A stretch of 64,000 bases of DNA. Source: an uncultured Methanomassiliicoccus sp. (GTDB taxonomy: Archaea; Thermoplasmatota; Thermoplasmata; Methanomassiliicoccales; Methanomassiliicoccaceae). Position 1 is the stretch's first letter. The number at the start of each line of letters is the position of its first letter. Under the pieces are notes generated by a model that saw nothing but the letters and a program-made list of their open reading frames with translations, searched no databases and was not told the DNA's origin. Position numbers and translations under genes: made by a program. Positions 57,801 to 64,000 of the stretch are shown one piece after another. Location of the stretch: NCBI GenBank assembly GCA_905202485.1, contig CAJKRY010000001.1:92456-156455 (forward strand), read 5' to 3'.

Positions 57801-57948
57801 TATATGGAGGACCGTCTACGAAGTAATAGTCCTCGCCCTCGGCACGCATCTGTTTAGTTTTCGCATACGTGTCGTTGTCTTTCCAGAGCGTTTGAATTTT
57901 CTTTTCGAGCTCTGGAGGGTTGTATTCAGCCTGAACCTGCTTTATCAT
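54805..57948 (-). CDS. ileS: isoleucyl-tRNA synthetase
   Basis: HIGH-class motif PYTTGYIHLGTAWNK, KMSKS (LPMSKSRGNVV), CP1 editing domain, 1047 aa. Confidence 0.95.
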   Translation of the reverse strand: MIKQVQAEYNPPELEKKIQTLWKDNDTYAKTKQMRAEGEDYYFVDGPPYTTGYIHLGTAWNKTIKDSIIRYKRMCGYNVRDQPGFDMHGLPIEVKVEQSIGIKSKKEIESFGIDNFISKCKDFALSHQEMMTDQFKELGIWMDWDRPYRTLAPEYIEAAWWTLKKAHEKNLLSSDNRVISWCPRCETALAEAEIEYADETDPSIYVKFPLKNEKGVSLLIWTTTPWTLPANMGVAAHPDHEYAKVKFKKDGAEDTVIMMKSLIEAVGAVGGWAGYEILETYMGEDIEGMEYLPPLYEEIDSQRTITGEWVHKVLLSDTVEEDMTGLVHIAPGHGPDDFEIGKRYGIPPFCPVDGGGRFIPEVGERYAGMKVKEANPLIIENLESKGLMFFSGKIEHRYGHCWRCRSPIIYRNTNQWYLRITEVKDKMLDEISRIDWVPEWAGSSREYDWTMNARDWCISRQRYWGIPIPVWTCSCGKMKVIGSADDLKGAEGYEEGMDLHRPWIDNVTFDCECGGKMKRAPDVLDVWFDAGVASWAALGWPRKTEEFERWWPAKFITEAHDQTRGWFYSQLGSSCVAFDRAPYERVLMHGWMLDAKGLPMSKSRGNVVEPHDVITEYGADALRFYLLRVSSPWEDVSFQHDGVKSARKTLNILWNVASFASTYMSIDNFDPQTQKVSKDSLRPEDLWLMSRTEKLKMAVTENLESLDIHKACRALEDFILGDLSRWYVRLIRDRMWSESADEDKLAAYNTLYSSLMAVVKLLSPFCPHITDEIYMAMDGSKETIHMSDWPTIDKSLIDDNLEASMELMQELVEDITRERQKNNVKLRWPLRRIVVRINAPEVEGLIKRMEEVLLSQANVKEIEYSSNNWDELLLVVSPVPKPIGHTYKQASAKIIPAIKEGDARAIKAGTDAGAYTLEIDGETYEITEEMVSYNYVPPSDVIAVPFSRGDLYIDFNLDEDLKLEGYAREVIRRIQQMRKDMKLDVESFVSAEINAGSLADAVSAWKEHIMKETRSTDLIISDAPAGEYSVDWDIEGEKVVIALTPSK

Positions 57949-58100
57949 CGCCTGTTCACTTCCACCGCGGTAATCCGGTTGTTGTTAATTAAGGATGCGG
58001 TATGCCAGAAATATTACTCTTTCTGTAAGTGAAAATGCCATACAGACTAGAAAGGCAATATGTGTGATCTTTACGTCAATTTAAAAAAATAAAAGATTGA

Positions 58101-59153
58101 TCAGTGCCAATCATCTAAGCTCATCTGAGATTTGGTAGGCACCGGTTTTTTGTAGTCCCCTTTGACCCTCTTTTTATTCTCCAGTTTATTCAATGAGGAT
58201 TCCACACGCTTTCTCGAGAATCCGTGCTCTTCACACATGAATTCTATGATGCGTCCGACATCGGGATGCTTCCACTCTAACGAGTATTCATCAGTAATTG
58301 CCGTGTTGATAAACGCGTCCTGAACTTCATCCAGATTGGGGATGTTTTCTCCGATAGCCTCCAGCACCGCAGATGCTGAGCCATATTGTCTGATTAACTT
58401 CAGACCTTTCTTAGGTCCGATTCCCCTTATTCCCTTGTTGTAATCTGTTCCGATGAGAATGCAAAGAGAGATCAGCTGTTCTCTGTTTTCCAGCCCGTTT
58501 TCTTTCAGAACATTCTCAAGTTCTACTTCTTCAATGAAAATGTCTTTGTATTCTCGGCCACCGGGCATTTTGCGTCTCCCAGTAATGTTAAGATTGCGGA
58601 CAAGCCTCGGCGCTCCGAACAGCAGCGAGTCGAAATCCTGGGAAGAAGCTGCCCAGACGTCGCCTCTCATAGCCATATAAGCTGCCTGCGCTTCTCCTTC
58701 ACAGGGAGCCTGAATGATAGGAAGTCCAAGATATGTAAGAAGTATTCTTGAGCTTTCAACTACCTCATTGCTTATTCTTGTAGACTGAGTGGCTTTCGCT
58801 CTTGCTTTTTCCACATCTCCCTCGTCAATCGCCCTTTTCCATTCGTCATGAGCTTTAGTACGTCTTTCAAATCGCTCTGCCAGAGTCTGCGCTTTGAGTG
58901 CACTGGGTACACCGTCAAAAACATATGCCGGCTTTATACCAGACTGTAAAAAGTTTATATTGCGATACAAAAGTCCTGTGAGGTGGGAAGTTACTCTTCC
59001 GCTTTCATCTTTAAGGGGTGTTCCATCTCGGCCTCGGATTATGCTCAAGAATTGGTATATTGAATTATATGCATCAATTGCAAGCGTTCTACCAGAGAGG
59101 CCGGAAAGTTCCATCTTTTCCGAAGGAACGATGTCAGAGATGTTTACGCCCAT
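58101..59153 (-). CDS. fen: flap endonuclease 1
   Basis: XPG-N/XPG-I motifs (LAIDAYNSIYQFLS..., GEAQAAYMA, DSLLFGAPRLVRNL) and helix-3-turn-helix; 350 aa. Confidence 0.9.
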   Translation of the reverse strand: MGVNISDIVPSEKMELSGLSGRTLAIDAYNSIYQFLSIIRGRDGTPLKDESGRVTSHLTGLLYRNINFLQSGIKPAYVFDGVPSALKAQTLAERFERRTKAHDEWKRAIDEGDVEKARAKATQSTRISNEVVESSRILLTYLGLPIIQAPCEGEAQAAYMAMRGDVWAASSQDFDSLLFGAPRLVRNLNITGRRKMPGGREYKDIFIEEVELENVLKENGLENREQLISLCILIGTDYNKGIRGIGPKKGLKLIRQYGSASAVLEAIGENIPNLDEVQDAFINTAITDEYSLEWKHPDVGRIIEFMCEEHGFSRKRVESSLNKLENKKRVKGDYKKPVPTKSQMSLDDWH

Positions 59154-59244
59154 ATCTCACAGTTAAGCACATAAATAATATAAGCCATTCGTAGAACTTT
59201 AAAAAGTAAGAGGGACTTGGAAGTCCCTGATTGTACTAAAACGA

Positions 59245-59442
59245 TCATTCGTCGTTTTCAGAATATCTTGGAACGTAGAAGATAAGGAATATCGCACCGA
59301 TCCAAACAATGAAGAATACTACGGAACAGATACCAGTTCCTGTAAACAGGGATACTAGTAATAGTATAAGCGGGACTACAAAGGCCACCAGCAAAAGGAA
59401 CCATTTAGTTCCGGCAAACTCGAATTTCATAGCATGCCCCAA
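59245..59442 (-). CDS. small two-helix membrane protein (hypothetical)
   Basis: Two hydrophobic helices (WFLLLVAFVVPLILLLVSLF; VVFFIVWIGAIFLIF); no homology evident. Confidence 0.3.
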   Translation of the reverse strand: MGHAMKFEFAGTKWFLLLVAFVVPLILLLVSLFTGTGICSVVFFIVWIGAIFLIFYVPRYSENDE

Positions 59443-59565
59443 TACACAAATGATTAAAAACTTTGTGAATCAAATCGTATAAATTAATCAAGATTCTTGT
59501 AAAAGTTCAAAGAATTAAAAATTAACTTGAATCGTCCTAAAAGATAAAACACACATTATAATTTC

Positions 59566-59641
59566 TGGCGCCCTGGTCGGGATTTGAACCCGAGTCGAAG
59601 CCTCGACAGGGCTTCATGATAGGCCGCTACACTACCAGGGC
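59566..59641 (-). tRNA. tRNA-Asp (anticodon GTC), CCA encoded
   Basis: Minus-strand sequence GCCCTGGTAGTGTAGCGGCCTATCATGAAGCCCTGTCGAGGCTTCGACTCGGGTTCAAATCCCGACCAGGGCGCCA folds as cloverleaf: 7-bp acceptor GCCCTGG/CCAGGGC, anticodon stem GAAGCC/GGCTTC with loop CTGTCGA, T-arm TCGGG-TTCAAAT-CCCGA; very similar to archaeal tRNA-Asp. Confidence 0.85.
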
Positions 59642-60072
59642 TTGCTTTTTCTCCTCAATAAGTAGGTCATATATATGCATTTCTATCTTTCATTCATCTA
59701 AGCCAAATATCTGGCAGTTATTTATTACATGCACATACATTAAACAATGATACAGATAGATTTTATAATTGAATATACGATTTTCGGAAAAATTTTAGAT
59801 GCATATGATTTCAAATTTAAAATTGTTTAAAATTACTTATACTAGTATCCATTTTTTTATATCATGTAGTTCGTTGTAACTCTTTTGTAAAACGTAACAT
59901 TAGGCTTAAACTAATTTGATTTTACAAACAATTTCAACGGTTATCACCAAAAAGACGTTTGGTATACCGAAAATAAGACTTTTAGAATCAGCTCAAGTTA
60001 TGATTTTATATAACAATATAATATACTATTGTTTAAATAGTAGTTTTTCTTTAGTAAATATGGGAGATTATT

Positions 60073-61506
60073 ATGAGGAAGAGAAAAATTGGTTATGAGT
60101 GGGTTGTGCTTTCTGTTACTACGATCGGAGCTTTGCTTGCTTCGATGCAGTCGTCTGCACTTCTTATAGCTCTTCCTGAATTGATGGGTAGCCTCAATAT
60201 CGATTTTCTCACAATAATGTGGGTAATTCTAGCATATATGCTGATGACCACCGTCATGCTGCCTATAGTAGGCAGGCTGGCAGATATATATGGTAGAAAA
60301 AAATTGTATCTTTCTGGATTTGCAATATTCACGATTGCTTCGCTATTGTGCTGCCTGTCCGTTCCGCAATTAAACGGCTGGGACCTGGTTATATACAGAA
60401 CAATTCAGGGATTAGGTGGATCATTACTGTTAGGTAACAGCACCGCACTAGTGACAGACGCATTTGATTCTCACAAGCTTGGATTAGGCATAGGAATAAA
60501 TCAAGTTGCTGGAGCTGCTGGACTTATATTAGGTCCTGTTGTAGGAGGATTACTGGTTGGATACGGATGGTGGGCAATATTTGCTTTCAACGTCCCTCTC
60601 GGAATAATAGGAACAGTATGGGGCATAAAGAGCCTTAGAGAAACGGTGGTAAAATCTGCTGATAATTCCTTTGACGTTAAAGGATGCATATCGGTATCAG
60701 TGGGACTTACCTTCCTTCTATTAGGAATTACATTACTGGCTTTCCCGATGATCGATATGATCTGGGTATGGCTCATGATAATAGTCGGATCAATTGCCCT
60801 GATCGCATTCATCTACACAGAAATTAAAGTAAAAAAGCCAATGATCAACATGAAACTTTTCAAAAACAGGTCATATGCAGTATCAAACTTTACCAACTTT
60901 ACAACTGGCCTTGCCCGAAGTGCGATTCTGTTTGCATTAATCTGTTATTTCCAGGGACCATACGGGATGGACCCGCTAACTGCTGGTTTGGCTTTGATCC
61001 CATATGGTTTAGGCTTTATGATGATGGGGCCAATAGCTGGACGTTTATCAGACAATTACGGAACCAAGTATGTTGCACTTTCTGGATTAATCCTAATGGT
61101 TGTAGGCCTCCTGTGCTTAACAACTATCGACGAAAAAACCAGCTTCTTGCTGTTGGCTGTATATATGCTAGTGGTAGGCATAGGTTCTGGACTGTTTTCA
61201 TCACCTAATTCAAGTATGATCATGAGAGCTTCACCGCCAGAAGAAAGAGGATCAGCCGCTTCAACAAAAATGATGCTGATGAATGCTGGTGGAATGTTTA
61301 GTTTTACTATTGCATTTCCAGTTCTATTCAATGGCATTGAAGAATACATGGAGCAGATATTCATCGAAGGTGGCGGAGTGCCTCTGGAGATTCTCAGACC
61401 GATTGTGGATAATATCCATGAGACGTTTCTGATATTTTTCATAGTGGCGCTAATCTCTGTTATAATTGGCTTATTCCAAAGAAAGGATGATGACCTAAAA
61501 ACCTGA
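60073..61506 (+). CDS. MFS transporter (DHA2/EmrB-like drug:H+ antiporter family)
   Basis: 14-TM pattern, MFS motif GRLADIYGRKKL, antiporter motif region; 477 aa. Confidence 0.8.
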   Translation: MRKRKIGYEWVVLSVTTIGALLASMQSSALLIALPELMGSLNIDFLTIMWVILAYMLMTTVMLPIVGRLADIYGRKKLYLSGFAIFTIASLLCCLSVPQLNGWDLVIYRTIQGLGGSLLLGNSTALVTDAFDSHKLGLGIGINQVAGAAGLILGPVVGGLLVGYGWWAIFAFNVPLGIIGTVWGIKSLRETVVKSADNSFDVKGCISVSVGLTFLLLGITLLAFPMIDMIWVWLMIIVGSIALIAFIYTEIKVKKPMINMKLFKNRSYAVSNFTNFTTGLARSAILFALICYFQGPYGMDPLTAGLALIPYGLGFMMMGPIAGRLSDNYGTKYVALSGLILMVVGLLCLTTIDEKTSFLLLAVYMLVVGIGSGLFSSPNSSMIMRASPPEERGSAASTKMMLMNAGGMFSFTIAFPVLFNGIEEYMEQIFIEGGGVPLEILRPIVDNIHETFLIFFIVALISVIIGLFQRKDDDLKT

Positions 61507-61586
61507 AAAGAGTAGAGCTCCTGCTCTACTTACTTTTTATACATCTAACTTGATTGAGACTCTACACATCCTTGAGAAGTGATTTT

Positions 61587-62396
61587 ATGGATTCAAAACT
61601 GAAAGTCAGTGATTATATGGTGAGAGATGTTGTCTCTATCCCACCAGACTATACAATTGCCCAGGCAAAAGAGAAAATAATCAGTACAGAATTCCATGGG
61701 CTTCCAGTTTCAAAAGATGGAAAGATTTTAGGATTTGTAACTGCCAAAGAACTTCTGAGAGAGATTGATAATCCTGATAAAAAAGTCAGCGAGATTATCA
61801 AAGACGGCACTGTGACCGTATCTCCTGACATGGATATTGATGATGCATCACGTGTTCTTTTCAGATACGGACTCAGGAATACGCCTGTAGTAGACGAAGA
61901 CGGAACGGCTGTTGGGATGATCTCCAATATGGATATAATCCGTTCTGCTATTGAGAAAGCCACTCCTAATAAAATCAACATGCTGAAGAATTTTCTATCA
62001 CAGCAGCATGATGTTAAAATTGAAGTCAGAAGACGTGTGATCCCGATAGATCAGCTGAGACCTACCCAAAAAGAAGTTTATGCTGATGAACTCCGCGGAA
62101 GGCAGTACGAGATTAAACGCGGACTTGTAGAGCCGTTAATTGTAATCCGTAAAAACGGCTACTATGTCTTAGTTGACGGTCATCACAGAGTACTCGCCGC
62201 CAAAGATATGGGTGTCAAGCAGTTTCAGGCCTTCGTTCTAGAGCCGGAACACGACATTGAATTAGGCATGGAAAAATCAGCTGACGAAATGGGTGTCAAA
62301 ACAATTGATGATATTAAAATAATTGAGGGTAAAAACCACCCTCTGGTAAAAGTTGCAACCCGTCTTTTAACCAATAAAGATGCAGGCTCAGAATGA
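61587..62396 (+). CDS. CBS-pair domain fused to ParB/sulfiredoxin-like nuclease domain
   Basis: Two CBS motifs (DYMVRDVVSI..., TVSPDMDIDDASRVLFRYGLRNTPVVDEDG), then IPIDQLRPTQ...LIVIRKNGYYVLVDGHHRVLAAK (ParB N-domain/Srx signature). Confidence 0.6.
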   Translation: MDSKLKVSDYMVRDVVSIPPDYTIAQAKEKIISTEFHGLPVSKDGKILGFVTAKELLREIDNPDKKVSEIIKDGTVTVSPDMDIDDASRVLFRYGLRNTPVVDEDGTAVGMISNMDIIRSAIEKATPNKINMLKNFLSQQHDVKIEVRRRVIPIDQLRPTQKEVYADELRGRQYEIKRGLVEPLIVIRKNGYYVLVDGHHRVLAAKDMGVKQFQAFVLEPEHDIELGMEKSADEMGVKTIDDIKIIEGKNHPLVKVATRLLTNKDAGSE

Positions 62397-62411
62397 GCCT
62401 GTTTAATTTAT

Positions 62412-64000
62412 TTATTGGCTCAGCTGCTTTCTTATTGATTCCATAATAATCCTTTTTTCTGCTGCAGCTACATAATTTATGGTTTTAACAACAGTGTCTG
62501 GATTAAGTGAAATTGAATCTATTCCGGCACGTACCAGGAATTCACAGAATTCAGGGTACACAGACGGGCCTTGTCCGCATATACTGACCGTAACCCCTTT
62601 CTTGTGAGCTCCGTCAATTATCTGTTTGACAGCTCTCTTCAGGGCTTCATTCCTCTCATCAAAGTATCCCATTTTGCCAAGTACGTCAGAATCTCTGTCC
62701 GCACCCATTACGAGCTGCGTAAGATCGTTGGATCCAATTGAGAATGCATCGCAGTGTTCTGCAAATTCTTCGACCATGAAGACGACCGCCGGAACTTCTG
62801 CCATCAGATAGAGTTTGAAGTCATTGCTGCGGTAAAGTCCAATCTCATTCATCATCTTCTCGATTTCGACGACTTCTTCTATAGTACGTACGAAAGGCAG
62901 CATGACCCATATGTTCTTGAGACCCATTTCATCACGGGCTTTCTTGACGGCTTTGAGTTCAGCCCTGAATGCTTTATTGTAGCTTTCAGACACATATCTG
63001 GAGCAGCCTCTCCATCCGATCATTGGATTGGATTCCTTTGGTTCATAATCGGCTCCGCCTTTCATGTCGTGATACTCATTTGTCTTGAAGTCTGAAGTCC
63101 TGAGAACCACAGGCCTCGGGTAGAAGGCTCTGCCGACAGAGGCAATTCCTTCTGTCAGCTTATTAATGAGTTCTTCTTCCCTCCCATCTTCAATCAGTGA
63201 GCACGGGTGTTCCTGAACGTGAGATGTAAATAAGAACTCACTGCGCATCAGACCTACACCTTGAACTGGAAGTTCAGAATATTCTGCGGCTTTAGTGGGA
63301 ACACCGATGTTAACCATGATCTTTGTGGCTGTTACAGGGACAGCGACTGCGACTGCAGTGGCAGCAGCTGAAGTGGATATAACTTCAACTGATGGGGCTC
63401 CGCCTTCATAAACGATTCCCATCTGACCGTGAACAGTTACTTCCATTCCATCTTTCAGAACTTGAGTAGCTTCTGTAGCACCTACAACACAGGGAATTCC
63501 TAACTCCCTTGCCACAATAGCGGCGTGGCAGGTCATACCGCCTTCATCTGTAACAATGGCAGCTGCTCTGGTCATTGCTGGAACCATATCAGGTGTGGTC
63601 ATCTGAGTTACTAAGACGTCTCCTTTCTTCACCACATCCAAACTCATGTTCTCGTCATAGATCTTTACTTTGCCGCTTGCATTTCCGGGGCTTGCTCCAA
63701 GACCTCTGACAAGGATGGTACGGCCTGATTCTTCAGATTCCTCTGTGGTTTCTTGCTGTTTAGTCTGCTTTGATAAGGTTGTAATCGGCCTAGCCTGAAC
63801 AACATAAACGTGATTGTCTTCTATTGCCCATTCAATATCCATCGGACGGTTGTAGTGCATTTCAATGCGGTTCCCGATATCAGCAACTTCCTCAATCTGA
63901 ACATCTGTTAACTTCTGGGATTTTACCTGATCGCCTGGAATCTCTTCCCTCAGGCATTCTCCGCTCTCTCCCCTGACTAATTTCCAAGTCTGAGTGGAAA
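62412..64000 (-). CDS. ppsA: phosphoenolpyruvate synthase (3' part; gene continues beyond window end)
   Basis: Phosphohistidine domain GGMTCHAAIVARELGIPCVVG and PEP-utilising TIM-barrel C-terminus; frame stays open upstream of 63860 to the window edge (…EEIPGDQVKSQKLTDVQIEEVADIGNRIEMHYNRPMD). Confidence 0.85.
   Translation of the reverse strand, partial: STQTWKLVRGESGECLREEIPGDQVKSQKLTDVQIEEVADIGNRIEMHYNRPMDIEWAIEDNHVYVVQARPITTLSKQTKQQETTEESEESGRTILVRGLGASPGNASGKVKIYDENMSLDVVKKGDVLVTQMTTPDMVPAMTRAAAIVTDEGGMTCHAAIVARELGIPCVVGATEATQVLKDGMEVTVHGQMGIVYEGGAPSVEVISTSAAATAVAVAVPVTATKIMVNIGVPTKAAEYSELPVQGVGLMRSEFLFTSHVQEHPCSLIEDGREEELINKLTEGIASVGRAFYPRPVVLRTSDFKTNEYHDMKGGADYEPKESNPMIGWRGCSRYVSESYNKAFRAELKAVKKARDEMGLKNIWVMLPFVRTIEEVVEIEKMMNEIGLYRSNDFKLYLMAEVPAVVFMVEEFAEHCDAFSIGSNDLTQLVMGADRDSDVLGKMGYFDERNEALKRAVKQIIDGAHKKGVTVSICGQGPSVYPEFCEFLVRAGIDSISLNPDTVVKTINYVAAAEKRIIMESIRKQLSQ

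Noticed and set aside
1-64000. CRISPR arrays, transposases, integrases, rRNA genes, additional tRNAs
   Set aside because: Looked for tandem direct repeats with unique spacers, DDE/tyrosine-recombinase motifs and rRNA/tRNA-like conserved segments; only the single tRNA-Asp was found

Overview
This 64 kb window reads as an archaeal chromosome segment. The archaeal call rests on the informational genes: proteasome beta subunit, aCPSF1/FttA, replication factor C large subunit, FEN-1, Taw1, deoxyhypusine synthase, isoleucyl-tRNA synthetase and a tRNA-Asp with encoded CCA. An ether-lipid module (ferredoxin, geranylgeranyl reductase and a divergent UbiA-type DGGGP synthase) points the same way. Moderate-to-low GC and a BspA-type LRR surface protein are compatible with a host-associated Thermoplasmata/Methanomassiliicoccales-like lineage; that placement is inference.

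Core metabolism occupies roughly the first 29 kb and the last 9 kb.
- Two-domain PPK2 and a Tmk-like kinase.
- Trehalose synthesis (otsA, otsB) with a sugar-porter MFS.
- A por GDAB operon directly followed by ior AB, with thiE/thiM convergent immediately downstream of iorB.
- apgM, a U32 peptidase, an MFS drug exporter, a CBS-ParB fusion and the 3' part of ppsA, which runs off the window.

Between rfcL (ends about 29.5 kb) and ileS (starts about 54.8 kb) lies a roughly 25 kb accessory-looking block with strong bacterial flavour.
- A BspA-like LRR surface protein and a YgjP/DUF45 metallopeptidase.
- Two clade-3-type monofunctional catalases flanking an SPL-like radical-SAM protein, plus a flavodoxin-ferredoxin fusion.
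- A tightly packed four-gene minus-strand operon. Three of its genes share an about 100 aa helical N-terminal module fused to different C-terminal domains; one carries SUFU-like and Imm33-like domains. This is the architecture of polymorphic-toxin immunity proteins.
- A MATE exporter and a DUF4241-like gene.
- A Crp/Fnr regulator divergent from ferredoxin-hcp with an FNR-type palindrome.
- A PNPOx-ferredoxin, macrodomain and SirTM-type sirtuin operon.
- A DUF362-ferredoxin protein and a PadR/DUF2812 pair with clear operator palindromes.

Two plausible small genes missing from the ORF track were found by reading the intergenic sequence. One is a 58-aa CxxC-CxxC zinc-ribbon protein. The other is a 53-aa Cys-rich peptide translationally coupled to the U32 peptidase.

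No CRISPR array, transposase, integrase or rRNA was seen.
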